From assembly GCA_965203325.1 (NCBI GenBank), contig OZ241875.1:352001-416000 (forward strand): a DNA stretch of 64,000 nt, in the 5' to 3' direction. Each line of letters opens with the position of its first letter. Within the stretch, counting starts at the first letter, position 1. The notes beneath the pieces are model-generated. The model did not search any database. It was not told the DNA's origin and saw only the letters and a list, made by a program, of their open reading frames with translations. Positions 39,649-50,573 of this stretch are shown here, piece by piece. The position numbers and the translations under genes were made by a program. Source of the stretch: a bacterium. Its GTDB lineage: Bacteria; UBA8248.

Positions 39649-39937
39649 CCGTGAAACTCCCCGAATTGATTGGAAATGATCAAGAATTCGCAAAATCATA
39701 TCCTTAAATACACCGAATTGGGAAATACTCCCCTCACCCGAATTACGGCAAAGCGCTCTCACTCATTTTGACCATCGACACGCGCGGCCATGCGTATTCA
39801 AACGAGACGGCTCAGGTATGCGGATTTACCCCGGTTGCCAATTCCTTCGGTTTCCGTCATTATAAGAACTTGGTTCGCCCAGACCCCCAATAGGCGCAGG
39901 TCGGGGACCTGAAAGACGTATATATGCCTCACCGCAT

Positions 39938-42790
39938 ATGGCGAGAGGCTTTAACAGGTTGATTACAATGAATTTAGACTACGCACGGGACGTATTCCCT
40001 TTCGTCCAGAAACCTTCGCGTTATCTGGGGAACGAGGTCAATTCCATCCACAAAGACCTCACCGGGGTGAAGAACCGCGTCGCCCTTGCCTTCCCGGATA
40101 CCTATGAAGTCGGCATGTCGCACAACGGCATCCGCATACTCTATCACCTCCTGAACGCTGACGAAGACGTCGCCGCCGAGCGGGTTTTTCTCCCCTGGGA
40201 TGATTTCGAAACCATCCTGAGAAGCAAGGACGCGCTCCTGACCACGCTGGAGAGCAGAACGCCCGTCCGGGAATTCCATATTCTGGGGATATCGCTCCTG
40301 TATGAACTGGCCGCCAGCAACATCGTCTTGCTGCTCGATCTGGCCGGCATCCCCAGGCGATCCGCCCAAAGGCGCAGAGATGACCCGCTCGTCATCGCGG
40401 GCGGCCCCGTGACGTTCAACGTGGAGCCGATGGCGCCTTTCTTCGACGCCGTCGCCTTAGGGGACGGAGAGGAGCTTTTCCCCGACGTCATCAAGGCCCA
40501 CGAAAGGTGGCGGGAGACGAACGCACCGAGAGAAGCGCTTCTGGAGATGCTGGAGGAGATTGACGGGATTTACGTCCCGAGCCGCTACGTTGTCGAGCAC
40601 GAGCCCGACGGCGAGGTGAAGCGCTTCCATCACGTCAGCGGACACCAGGAACCCGTATTGGCGCGCGTTCTGGAGGATTTGAACGATTCGCCCCACCCCA
40701 CGCAGCCGGTCATCCCCTACACGCAGGTGGTGCACGACCGGGTGACGCTTGAGGTGCAGCGCGGTTGTACGAGGGGATGCCGTTTCTGTCACGCGGGGAT
40801 GGTCTACCGCCCCGTTCGGGACCGGGAGCCGCACAAAGTCCTCGAACTCGCCGAGGAATCCCTCAAGAATACGGGCTATGAGGAAATCAGCCTCTCATCG
40901 CTTTGCATCGCCGATTATCAGCCCTTGAAAGGCCTGGTGCCCCGCATGATGGAGCGCCTCGCTCCCATGCAGACCTCCATCTCCCTGCCTTCGCTGCGCG
41001 TCGGTGCGATGAGCCCGGACCTCCTGGCCCAGATTGCGCGGGTGCGCCGCACGGGCTTCACCCTCGTGCCGGAGGCGGGCAGCGAGCGCCTGCGCAACGT
41101 CATCAACAAGGTGCTGACCGAGGCGGACCTCAAGCGAAACCTGCAGGACATCCTCGATACCGGCTGGCCGGGCGTGAAATTCTACTTCATGCTCGGCCTT
41201 CCCACCGAGAATTTCGACGATTTGCAGGAGATGGCGGACATGCTCGCCTCCTGCATGAAAATGCGTTCGCGAAAAACGGGCGAACCGTTCCGCTTCATCA
41301 ACGTCAGCCTTTCCACTTTCGTGCCGAAGCCCCATACGCCGTTCCAGTGGTTTCCCCAGAACACCAAAGAGGAAATCAAGGCGAAACTCGATTTCATCAA
41401 GCGCGCCGTGCCTGACCGGAGAATCAAGCTGCACTGGTCGAATCCCGAGCACAGTTTTCTCGAAGCGGTCATCTCGAAAGGCGACCGCCGCCAGGCGGAC
41501 GTCATCGAGACGGCGGTCGACTCAGGCTGCAAATTCGACGGCTGGATGGAGTTTTTCGATTACGAGAAGTGGATGGCCGCCTTTGAAGCCCATGGACTCG
41601 ACCCGGAATGGTACGCTTACCGCGAAATACCCGAAGATGCGCCGCTGCCCTGGGATCATCTCGACTGCGGGGTGACCAAGGAGTACCAACTCGCCGACTG
41701 GAAGCGCTCCCTGCGCGAGGTCACCATCGGCGACTGCCGCTACGAGGCGTGCGGCCAATGCGGCATTCTGGATAAATACAAGGGCATCAAATACCACTAC
41801 GAAAAAACCATGCCGCTTGAAAGCTCCCCTCTTCCGGTCATCAACATGCCCGTTCAGGCGGGCGGCATGGTTCAGGCGGCGGATTTGCCGCCCGGACAGG
41901 ACATTGCGCCCGCCGAGCCGGTGGAACTCGCCATCGCCAAGGCCCGGCCCGAGGCGCAGCGTCCCAGGCAGAGGAGGCGCAAGAGCGTCGCCCGGGAGTC
42001 CGGCCCCGTACCGGTGGGTTTCGAGGGCGCACACGACGACAATCCCGGCCTCGCCGAAGAACAACCCGACGCGCCCGTACGCAAGTTCAGGTTCATCTAC
42101 GAAAAATCCGGAGACCTGCGCTTTTTGAGCCACCTGGAGATTTTGAGAACCTTTATCCGCGCCATTCAGCGCGCGGGCTATCGCCTGGAACATTCCAGAG
42201 GCTTCAATCCGCACCCGAAAATCGTCTTCTCCCATGCACTTCCCGTGGGGGTGGAAAGCCGCGCGGAAGTGGTGGATTTCTCGCTCCTGGAGGGGAGTGG
42301 ACAAATCCGGTTGCGGGATTTATTCCAAAACCTGAAGCGAGAACTCCCGCGCGGCCTCAAACCGCGTTCGGGATGGCGTATCGAGGGGAAAACGCCTTCG
42401 TCCGCCAATGCGCTCAGCGCCGCGACCTATGAAATCTCCTTGTCTCGTGAAGACCTGGACCCGCCCCAAGCGCCGGATTCACAGATAAAAACCATCATCG
42501 AAGAGTTCATGGATGAGGAAAGCATTGAAATAACGCGCGAGCACAAGGGGAAGATAAAACAATTCGACGCGCGGCCGTCCATCATGCGATTTTCGCTCGA
42601 ACCTTCGACGGACGCCGCCGTCCGCCTGCACCTCACGCTGCGCTATGGAGACGGCGTGAAACCGAAGGTAACGGAAATCCTCGCCAGATGCTTCGGTTTG
42701 TCTCCCGAGGCGTGCCTGAGGGCCCGGATCCGGAAAATCTCCGTCCAATGGAGAGCGGGTGCATCCCGCGCGATAGAACATGCCGTCTGA
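39938..42790 (+). CDS. Radical SAM protein TIGR03960-like fused to a TIGR03936/DUF2344 domain
   Basis: KPSRYLGNE, FPDTYEVGMS, RGCTRGCRFC, FVPKPHTPFQW, then RFLSHLE...SRGFNPHPK...LPVGVES. Confidence 0.9.
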   Translation: MARGFNRLITMNLDYARDVFPFVQKPSRYLGNEVNSIHKDLTGVKNRVALAFPDTYEVGMSHNGIRILYHLLNADEDVAAERVFLPWDDFETILRSKDALLTTLESRTPVREFHILGISLLYELAASNIVLLLDLAGIPRRSAQRRRDDPLVIAGGPVTFNVEPMAPFFDAVALGDGEELFPDVIKAHERWRETNAPREALLEMLEEIDGIYVPSRYVVEHEPDGEVKRFHHVSGHQEPVLARVLEDLNDSPHPTQPVIPYTQVVHDRVTLEVQRGCTRGCRFCHAGMVYRPVRDREPHKVLELAEESLKNTGYEEISLSSLCIADYQPLKGLVPRMMERLAPMQTSISLPSLRVGAMSPDLLAQIARVRRTGFTLVPEAGSERLRNVINKVLTEADLKRNLQDILDTGWPGVKFYFMLGLPTENFDDLQEMADMLASCMKMRSRKTGEPFRFINVSLSTFVPKPHTPFQWFPQNTKEEIKAKLDFIKRAVPDRRIKLHWSNPEHSFLEAVISKGDRRQADVIETAVDSGCKFDGWMEFFDYEKWMAAFEAHGLDPEWYAYREIPEDAPLPWDHLDCGVTKEYQLADWKRSLREVTIGDCRYEACGQCGILDKYKGIKYHYEKTMPLESSPLPVINMPVQAGGMVQAADLPPGQDIAPAEPVELAIAKARPEAQRPRQRRRKSVARESGPVPVGFEGAHDDNPGLAEEQPDAPVRKFRFIYEKSGDLRFLSHLEILRTFIRAIQRAGYRLEHSRGFNPHPKIVFSHALPVGVESRAEVVDFSLLEGSGQIRLRDLFQNLKRELPRGLKPRSGWRIEGKTPSSANALSAATYEISLSREDLDPPQAPDSQIKTIIEEFMDEESIEITREHKGKIKQFDARPSIMRFSLEPSTDAAVRLHLTLRYGDGVKPKVTEILARCFGLSPEACLRARIRKISVQWRAGASRAIEHAV

Positions 42791-44387
42791 AATCGTCGTC
42801 AACGCCGAACCGTTCGAGACGCGCATCGCCCTGCTCGAAAACGGGGTGGCGGCCGAGCTTTATATCGAACGTGAAAGCGGCAAGAGCATCGTCGGCAACA
42901 TCTATAAGGGAAAGGTGACGAAAGTGCTGCCGGGCATGCAGGCGGCGTTCGTGGACATCGGGCTCGAGAAGGCGGGCTTTCTCTACGTGAGCGACGTCGA
43001 CACCATCGAGTCCATCGAGAATTACAGGAAACTCGCGGCCGAACAATCGGAAGACGACGATGACCTCGATTTCGAAAGCAACGATTTCAGCAACGGGGAC
43101 GCGCACGAAGGCGACAAGGACGAGCAGCAAAACGGCTCGCACCGAAACCTCATCGGGAGGCGCCCGCGCCGGTGGGAGGAAGAGCGCCACATCGAGGACC
43201 TGCTCAAAGACGGCCAGGACGTCATCGTCCAGGTCAGCAAGGAGCCCCTGGGCACCAAAGGCTCCCGCCTGACGAGCTACATCACCCTGCCCGGCCGGTA
43301 CGTGGTCTATATGCCCACGACCAAGCAAATCGGCATCAGCAGGCGAATCGAGAACGAAGAAGAGCGCAAAAGGCTCAAGAAGCTGGTGCGCAGAAACCGC
43401 CAGCCGGGAGCCGGGTATATCGTCCGCACGGCGAGTGAAACCATGCCCGCCCAGGATATCGAAGCCAACGTGAATTTCCTGCACGCGCTCTGGGAAGATG
43501 TTCTGCTCAAGAACGAATCGGCTTCTGCGCCGTCCCGGATTCATTCGAACCTGAACATCATCGAGCGGACCGTAAGGGATCTGTTCAATTCCTCCGTCGA
43601 CAGGATGATCATCGACGACAAGGAACAATACCTGAAAACCAGGGAGTTCATACAAAGCTACTACCCGCATCTGGTTCCCAAGCTCCAGCATTACGACGGC
43701 GACGAACCGATATTCGATTATTTCGGCGTGGAACTCGAAATCGAACGCGCGCTCGGCCAACGCGTGTGGCTGCGCAACGGCGGATACATCGTGATCGATC
43801 AAACCGAGGCGCTTACGACGGTCGACGTCAACACCGGGCGATACGTGGGCAAGAAGAGCCCGGAGGAGACGATCCTCGAAACGAACCTGGAAGCGGTGCG
43901 GGAAATCGTATCCCAGTTGCGCCTGCGGAACCTGGGCGGAATCATCATTGTCGATTTCATCGACATGGAAAAAGAAGAGAACAAGGAAAAGGTATTCAAC
44001 ACCTTCAAGGAGGAGCTCAGAAAAGACCGCTCGCGCACCAACATCCTGAAGATAAGCGAACTGGGGCTCGTCGAGATGACCCGGAAGCGCGTTCGAGACA
44101 GCATCCAGAGAACACTCTGCACCCCATGTCCCTATTGCGAAGGGCGCGGACAGGTGAAATCCGCGATCTCGGTGAGCTATGAAGCCATGCGGGAAGTGCG
44201 GCGGATGAGAAGAGCGCACAAGGACGCCGCGAAATTCCTCATTAACGTCCACCCTGAAGTCGTGGACATCCTTCTCGATGAAGAAAGAAGGCACGTGGAA
44301 GAACTCGAAAATCTGCTCAACATACAACTCGTCATCAAAGGCGACGCCGAACTGCATCGCGAAGGCTTCGAAGTCGTTCGGCTGTAA
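42780..44387 (+). CDS. rng: Ribonuclease G (Rne/Rng family)
   Basis: GNIYKGKV..VLPGMQAAFVDIG, DVNTG, GGIIIVDFIDM, CPYCEG. Confidence 0.95.
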   Translation: MPSEIVVNAEPFETRIALLENGVAAELYIERESGKSIVGNIYKGKVTKVLPGMQAAFVDIGLEKAGFLYVSDVDTIESIENYRKLAAEQSEDDDDLDFESNDFSNGDAHEGDKDEQQNGSHRNLIGRRPRRWEEERHIEDLLKDGQDVIVQVSKEPLGTKGSRLTSYITLPGRYVVYMPTTKQIGISRRIENEEERKRLKKLVRRNRQPGAGYIVRTASETMPAQDIEANVNFLHALWEDVLLKNESASAPSRIHSNLNIIERTVRDLFNSSVDRMIIDDKEQYLKTREFIQSYYPHLVPKLQHYDGDEPIFDYFGVELEIERALGQRVWLRNGGYIVIDQTEALTTVDVNTGRYVGKKSPEETILETNLEAVREIVSQLRLRNLGGIIIVDFIDMEKEENKEKVFNTFKEELRKDRSRTNILKISELGLVEMTRKRVRDSIQRTLCTPCPYCEGRGQVKSAISVSYEAMREVRRMRRAHKDAAKFLINVHPEVVDILLDEERRHVEELENLLNIQLVIKGDAELHREGFEVVRL

Positions 44388-44437
44388 GGAGGCGCACCGC
44401 GTTTTTCCGTGATTTTGCCGCCCTGAGGATAGATGAC

Positions 44438-45223
44438 ATGCGGCGGAGTGTATGCGCATTGGCACTCCCTGTGTTCCTGGCAGGGTGCGCCAATTTCCCC
44501 CTGTTCAGTCCAGAGCCCGCTCCCGCAGATACGCCCAGGAGCGCTTCCGCCACCGCTTCTCCCAAAAACGAATTATCCTCAACCAAAGAACGTAATGCGC
44601 GTCTTGAGGCCCGATTGGCCGAGTCCACCCGGAAAATCGAGGCGCTTACCAGGGAAATCCGCAAGCTGGAAAAGAAAAACCACACACTCGAAGCCACCGC
44701 GGAAAGGCTGAGGCGAGAGAACATCATCGCCAAAAGTTTCCCGGCTCCCCCACCCACGCGAAAGCGGATGAAACCACCGAAATCCTCTCCCCGAATGCGA
44801 GACGCAGCGCCGAAAAAGCCCGGACGAGCGTCCATCACCCCGCAGTCGCTCTACAATAAATCCTACCGCGCCGTCCGGGACGGGAAGAACGAGGCGGCCA
44901 TTCGCGGATTCCGGCGTTTCCTGCGCCTGTTCCCCGAAAATCAGTTGGCGCCCCATTCCCAGTTTTGGCTCGGAGAGGCCTACTACGCGCTCAGGCGATA
45001 CCCCGAGGCGCTGGATGCATTTCTCAATCTCATCACCAGATATCCCAAAAGCCGCAAGGTTCCGGATGCCTATTACAAACGAGGGCTTACCTATCTCCGG
45101 CGGAACTTCCCCCTCAATGCAACGCTTGAATTTGAAAAACTGGTGGAAAGTTTCCCCGCACACCCGATATCGAAAAAAGCGAGGGTCCAACTCCAAAATC
45201 TCAAGCATTCCACCCGAAAATAA
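44438..45223 (+). CDS. cpoB: Tol-Pal associated CpoB/YbgF-like TPR lipoprotein
   Basis: Lipobox LAGC, coiled coil, TPRs with SQFWLGE and YPKSRKVPDA. Confidence 0.8.
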   Translation: MRRSVCALALPVFLAGCANFPLFSPEPAPADTPRSASATASPKNELSSTKERNARLEARLAESTRKIEALTREIRKLEKKNHTLEATAERLRRENIIAKSFPAPPPTRKRMKPPKSSPRMRDAAPKKPGRASITPQSLYNKSYRAVRDGKNEAAIRGFRRFLRLFPENQLAPHSQFWLGEAYYALRRYPEALDAFLNLITRYPKSRKVPDAYYKRGLTYLRRNFPLNATLEFEKLVESFPAHPISKKARVQLQNLKHSTRK

Positions 45224-45338
45224 CCCTGAGATGGATAAATCGACCCTGCTCCTCCCGCCCCGGCCTTTTCCCGCGTCTTGACACGAGATACGGACTCCAT
45301 GTTATGGGTTCAGGTATGATGAACGCCGGAGATCGGAA

Positions 45339-46526
45339 ATGAGAACCTCAAACCCCGCGCCGCGCTTCGAGGATCACGACTCACCGAGCGAAGCCGACGT
45401 CTGGCTCGTCTTGCAAACCCTCCCGGGAATGACGCCCGAGCGCCTGAGCCGGTTGACCGAAGCGTTCGAGCGCCCTTCGGAAGCTTTCGGAGCGCCCCCC
45501 GACGTATTCGCCCGCCTTTGCGGCCGAAAAGCGCGTGAAGTTCTCGACAAGGATTCACCGGTCGATTTGGCCGCCAACATCCGCCGGGAAGCTTCGAAAC
45601 TGGGCGCAGGAATCATCACGCGCGATTCCGACCGGTATCCTGAACACTTGCGCGAGATTTACGCCCCGCCGGGCGCATTCTTTATCGAGGGCGAAATCCT
45701 TGCCGCAGATCGCCTCGCCGTCGCCATCGTCGGCATGCGGCGCCCGACGGACTACGGGAGGCGGGTGGCGAGGGAACTTGCGGCCGAACTCGCCAGAAAA
45801 GGAATCACCATCGTAAGCGGGCTGGCCTACGGAATCGACGCGGAAGCGCACAAGGCCACGCTCGATGCGGGAGGCAGAACCATCGCCGTCCTCGGGTGCG
45901 GCCTGACCCAGAACTACCCCGCCGAGCACAAGGAACTCAGACAAGAGATCGCCGCCCACGGCGCCGTGGTATCGGAATTTCACCTCCGCGCCCATCCCAG
46001 GAAAGAGAACTTTCCCCGGAGAAACCGCCTCATCAGCGGCCTCTCCCTTGCGACGGTCGTCGTCGAGGCCGCGCAGCGAAGCGGCGCGCTCCTGACCGCC
46101 CGGCTGGCGCTCGAACAAGGACGCGAGGTGATGGCCGTGCCCGGGCCCGTCCATACCCGGAAGAGCGCCGGCTGCCATCATCTGCTCAAGCAGGGAGCGC
46201 ACCTGGTGGAAAATGCGGAAGACATCATCAACGCTCTTCCAGAGTACGCCCGAAATATGCTAGACAGTCCAGCGCAGATTCGAGTCAAGGGAATGGGACC
46301 TGAAGAACCCGAAGTCCGGGAAGTTCCGAAGGCCGCGCCGCACTTGAATCTCACGGATGATGAAAATGCGCTTCTGCGCTTGCTGGAGAATGGAGACAGC
46401 ACCATAGAGAGCCTGACCCGGAAGCGGGGCCTGCCGGCGCAGGAAGTTTCATCCGCCCTGTTGCGCCTCGAGCTGGAAGGCCTCGTGAGACAAACGACCT
46501 CGGGAATGTACGAACGGGTCTTATGA
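45339..46526 (+). CDS. dprA: DNA processing protein DprA
   Basis: VAIVGMR, VSGLAYGIDA.AH, FPRRNRLISG, C-terminal wHTH. Confidence 0.95.
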   Translation: MRTSNPAPRFEDHDSPSEADVWLVLQTLPGMTPERLSRLTEAFERPSEAFGAPPDVFARLCGRKAREVLDKDSPVDLAANIRREASKLGAGIITRDSDRYPEHLREIYAPPGAFFIEGEILAADRLAVAIVGMRRPTDYGRRVARELAAELARKGITIVSGLAYGIDAEAHKATLDAGGRTIAVLGCGLTQNYPAEHKELRQEIAAHGAVVSEFHLRAHPRKENFPRRNRLISGLSLATVVVEAAQRSGALLTARLALEQGREVMAVPGPVHTRKSAGCHHLLKQGAHLVENAEDIINALPEYARNMLDSPAQIRVKGMGPEEPEVREVPKAAPHLNLTDDENALLRLLENGDSTIESLTRKRGLPAQEVSSALLRLELEGLVRQTTSGMYERVL

Positions 46527-46680
46527 ACAAGCGGTCGACTCGCCCGTCGTCGGAAATTTCAGATTTGACGAATCGGCTCGCGAAGCGCAAGCGATCGCAA
46601 TTCGAGGAACAATTGCCGCCCATCAGGCTATTTCATCCACAGGCGCCGCCCCGAAAGGCTATCGTGGCCATGAGAAATAA

Positions 46681-49242
46681 ATGACCGACAAAAAAACATC
46701 GAACAAGGCGGCTTCGAAGCGCTCTCCGGGCAGGGGGTATACCCGGAAAAAGGCTTCGCGAACCACGCAAGGCGAAAAATCCGCGTCCAAGCTCCTCATC
46801 GTGGAATCGCCGACGAAAGTGCGCACCATCCAGAAATTCCTGGGCGCGGATTTCGACATCCTCGCATCGCGGGGCCACGTGCGGGATTTGATGAAAACCG
46901 GCGAGCGCAAAATGGGAATAGACGTTCGCAACGATTTCCAGGCCGATTACGGCGTCATTCAGGGAAAAGCAAAGACCATCGACCAGTTGCGCAAGGCGGC
47001 TACGGCGGCGAAGGAGATCTATCTGGCCCCCGACCCGGACCGCGAGGGCGAGGCCATCGCCTGGCACATCCAGGAACTCCTTGGGGCTTCCGGTGCCGAA
47101 AGCGAATTCTACCGGGTGACTTTCAACGAGATCACGAAACGGGCGGTGCAGGAGGCGCTCGCGAAACCCGGTCGAATCGATCAGAAAAAAGTGGACGCGC
47201 AGGAAACCCGCAGAAAGCTGGACAGGATCGTGGGCTTCAAGCTTTCCGGTGAAATACTCTGGAACAAGGTCGCTTTCGGTCTCAGTGCGGGCCGGGTGCA
47301 GTCGGTCGCGCTGAAACTGATATGCGAACGCGAAGACGCCATCGAGGCCTTCGAGCCGAAAGAATACTGGAGCATCACGGCGCATCTGGAAAAAGCGGGC
47401 TTCGAGCCCCCGTTTGAGGCCAAACTGCACCGAATCGACGGGAAAGAAGCGGAAATTCCGAACGAAGCCAGGGCGACGGAACTGGCGGAAAAGATAGCCG
47501 CCGGCGCTTTGCGGGTTTCCCGGGTCGAGAAAAAAGAGCGTCGGCGCAGACCGCCCCCCCCTTTCATCACCAGCACCCTCCAGCAGGAAAGTTCCGGCAA
47601 ACTGCGCTACGGCGCAAAAAAAACCATGCGCATCGCGCAGTCGCTGTATGAAGGGGTGAATTTAGGGCGCGAAGCGGGCAACGTCGGCCTCATCACCTAC
47701 ATGAGGACGGATTCCGTGCGTCTGGCGCCCGAGTCCGTCGCCACGGCCCGCGCTTATATCGAGACGAAATACGGGAAAGACCACCTTCCCCGCAAGCCCA
47801 ACGTCTTCAAGACGAGGGAGACGGCCCAGGACGCGCACGAGGCGATTCGGCCCACCGATGTCGGGCTCACGCCCGATAAGGTGCGGGCTTTCCTGAAACC
47901 CGAACAATTCTCCCTCTACAGCCTCATCTGGAGGCGCTTCCTCGCAAGCCAGATGGCGCCGGCCGTCTACGACCAGACGGGTGTGGATATCACCCAAGAC
48001 CGCCAGGAAGCGGATGGCGCGAACGAAGAAGAACTCCTCCTGCGGGGAAGCGGTTCCGTATTGAAATTCAATGGTTTCCTGAGGGTATATCAAACCAGTT
48101 TCGAGCCCGGAAACAACGAGGACACCCTGAAAGCCAGGACGGCCAGTTCCGAGCAGGACAGATTGCTGCCCCCACTGGAAGACGGTGACCCGCTATCGCT
48201 CGTAAAATCCGAATCCGCTCCCACAGGCGTCAAGCCCGAGCAGCACTTCACCCAGCCTCCGCCACGCTATACGGAGGCCTCTTTGGTGAAGGAGCTCGAG
48301 GAAGACGGCGTGGGCCGGCCGAGCACCTACGCGAGCATCCTGGACACGTTGGAAAAACGCAAATACGTCACCATCGAAAGAAGGCGCAGGCAATTCACGC
48401 CCTCCTCCCTTGGCAGGGAGGTGAACCGTCTCCTCATCCAGGGCTTTCCCGACCAGATCGACGTGGGCTTCACCGCGAAGATGGAAAAATACCTCGACGA
48501 CATCGAGAACGGGACGACGCCGTGGCTGCCCGTGATGAGAGATTTTTATGACAACTTCGACAGGAAAATTCAGATAGCCAAAAAAGAGTTGACGGATCTC
48601 AAGAAGATAGCAGAACCCATCGGCCGGAACTGCCCGGAGTGCGAGCGCGAGTTGGTGAAGAAATTCAGCAGAAACGGCTGGTACATCTCGTGCTCGGGAT
48701 ACCCGGACTGTCGTTATTCGGAGGACATTTCCGCCGAGAGCGAGCCCGAGCCGGAAGCGGCGGAAGAGTTGGCCCGCATCGAGGAAATCGCCCCGCCCTG
48801 CGAGAAGTGCGGCGCGCCCATGCAGGCGAAACGGGGGCGCTTTGGTATATATCTGGCCTGCACGGCATTCCCGGATACGCACAAGAAAAGGAAAGTACTC
48901 GCCAATGGACAAGTCGCCGCCGCGCCGAGGCCGACCGGGGTGTCCTGTCCCCGTGAGGGTTGCGAGGGTGAGTTGGTGGAACGGCGCGCCCGTCGGACCG
49001 GAAAACCGTTTTACGGGTGCAACCGCTTCCCGGCGTGCAAGACGGTCGCGTGGGATTGGCCCGTAACGCAGCCTTGTCCTTCTTGCGGGAATCCCATCCT
49101 CACCATCAAGACCACCAAGAAGAGCGGGAATCAGCTCGTTTGCCCCCAAAAAGAATGCGGATATGCGGTAGAATGTCCCCCGGAACTTATCGAACAGATG
49201 GAAGCCTCGAAAGCCACTCCCGCCCAGGAGGCTTCGGCTTGA
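46681..49242 (+). CDS. topA: DNA topoisomerase I
   Basis: IVESPTK, DPDREGE, SAGRVQS, LITYMRTD, C-terminal Zn ribbons. Confidence 0.97.
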   Translation: MTDKKTSNKAASKRSPGRGYTRKKASRTTQGEKSASKLLIVESPTKVRTIQKFLGADFDILASRGHVRDLMKTGERKMGIDVRNDFQADYGVIQGKAKTIDQLRKAATAAKEIYLAPDPDREGEAIAWHIQELLGASGAESEFYRVTFNEITKRAVQEALAKPGRIDQKKVDAQETRRKLDRIVGFKLSGEILWNKVAFGLSAGRVQSVALKLICEREDAIEAFEPKEYWSITAHLEKAGFEPPFEAKLHRIDGKEAEIPNEARATELAEKIAAGALRVSRVEKKERRRRPPPPFITSTLQQESSGKLRYGAKKTMRIAQSLYEGVNLGREAGNVGLITYMRTDSVRLAPESVATARAYIETKYGKDHLPRKPNVFKTRETAQDAHEAIRPTDVGLTPDKVRAFLKPEQFSLYSLIWRRFLASQMAPAVYDQTGVDITQDRQEADGANEEELLLRGSGSVLKFNGFLRVYQTSFEPGNNEDTLKARTASSEQDRLLPPLEDGDPLSLVKSESAPTGVKPEQHFTQPPPRYTEASLVKELEEDGVGRPSTYASILDTLEKRKYVTIERRRRQFTPSSLGREVNRLLIQGFPDQIDVGFTAKMEKYLDDIENGTTPWLPVMRDFYDNFDRKIQIAKKELTDLKKIAEPIGRNCPECERELVKKFSRNGWYISCSGYPDCRYSEDISAESEPEPEAAEELARIEEIAPPCEKCGAPMQAKRGRFGIYLACTAFPDTHKKRKVLANGQVAAAPRPTGVSCPREGCEGELVERRARRTGKPFYGCNRFPACKTVAWDWPVTQPCPSCGNPILTIKTTKKSGNQLVCPQKECGYAVECPPELIEQMEASKATPAQEASA

Positions 49243-50573
49243 GCGACAGACTGCGGATCATCGGCGGCGGCCTGGCGGGCTGTGAAGCCGCCTGGCAGGC
49301 GGCCAGACGGGGCGTCGAGGTCGACCTCTACGAGATGCGACCCCACAAGAAAACGCCCGCCCATGAAACCAGCGGGCTGGCCGAACTCGTGTGCTCGAAC
49401 TCTTTCCGCTCGAATTCGGTGGAAAACGCCTCGGGCCTGCTCAAAGAAGAAATGCGAAAGCTCGATTCGCTCATCCTGCGGGGCGCGGACTCCTGCCGGG
49501 TTCCCGCAGGATTGGCGTTGGCCGTCGACAGGGCGTCTTTCAGCGAAGCGGTCACCGAAGCAATCGCAAACGACCCGCATATCACCGTCCACAGAGAAGA
49601 AATCCGGGATTTGGAGGATAAAACCCTCACCATCGTCGCCACCGGTCCGCTCACGAGCGATTCCCTCTCGGCGGAAATCGCCCGCCTGACGCAAGGCAAG
49701 TACCTGTATTTCTACGACGCCATCTCCCCCATCCTGCACGCGGACAGCATCGACATGTCGGTGGCGTTCATGGGTTCGCGCTACGGAAAGGGCAACGAAG
49801 AAGGCGGCGAGGGCGACTATCTCAACCTGGGGCTCAACGAAACGCAGTATTACCAATTCGTCGGGGATCTTCTCGAAGGCGAAAAAATCCCCCTCAGGGA
49901 ATTCGAGCGCGCCATCTATTTCGAGGGCTGCCTGCCTCTCGAAGAAATGGCCGCGCGCGGAAAAGACACCCTGGCGTTCGGGCCGATGAAGCCCGTGGGT
50001 CTGGAGCATCCCGAAACGGGGGAGACCTACTGCGCGGTCGCTCAACTCAGACGCGAGGATTTGACGGGAGATTACTTCTCCATGGTGGGCTTTCAGACCA
50101 GGCTGCGCTATCCGGAGCAAAAGCGCATCTTCTCGACGCTCCCCGCTCTCGGGAACGCGCGCTTTTTGCGCTACGGAAGCCTCCACAGGAACACCTACAT
50201 CAATGCGCCGCGCCTGATGCGGATAACCTTACAACTCAAGCGTCACCCCCATATCTTCATGGCGGGCCAGCTCACCGGCGTCGAAGGGTACCTCGAATCG
50301 GCGGCCATCGGCCTGATCGCCGGCATCAACGCGGCCGCTCTCATCCATGGAGAACCCGTAATTCCTCCGCCCGCAACGACTGCGCTCGGCGCCCTGAACC
50401 GCTACATCATCGAGGCGAATCCGAGAAATTTCCAGCCCATGAACATCAACTACGGCCTCTTCCCGCCCCTGGAAAAGCGCGTTCCCAAGAAATTCAGGAA
50501 AAAGCACATCACCAGTCGCGCCATCGAGGATCTGGAGCAATGGAGAAGCAAGCTCGCCTCACAAACAGTCTGA
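49239..50573 (+). CDS. trmFO: tRNA (uracil-54) methyltransferase TrmFO
   Basis: IIGGGLAGCEAAWQ, ELVCSNSF, AGQLTGVEGY. TTG start overlaps the topA stop. Confidence 0.95.
   Translation: MSDRLRIIGGGLAGCEAAWQAARRGVEVDLYEMRPHKKTPAHETSGLAELVCSNSFRSNSVENASGLLKEEMRKLDSLILRGADSCRVPAGLALAVDRASFSEAVTEAIANDPHITVHREEIRDLEDKTLTIVATGPLTSDSLSAEIARLTQGKYLYFYDAISPILHADSIDMSVAFMGSRYGKGNEEGGEGDYLNLGLNETQYYQFVGDLLEGEKIPLREFERAIYFEGCLPLEEMAARGKDTLAFGPMKPVGLEHPETGETYCAVAQLRREDLTGDYFSMVGFQTRLRYPEQKRIFSTLPALGNARFLRYGSLHRNTYINAPRLMRITLQLKRHPHIFMAGQLTGVEGYLESAAIGLIAGINAAALIHGEPVIPPPATTALGALNRYIIEANPRNFQPMNINYGLFPPLEKRVPKKFRKKHITSRAIEDLEQWRSKLASQTV

Noticed and set aside
42633..44465. Long antisense ORFs (e.g. 610 aa opposite rng, 594 aa opposite ppiD, 490 aa opposite glgP)
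   Set aside because: Shadow ORFs expected from high GC3 codon bias opposite well-supported genes.
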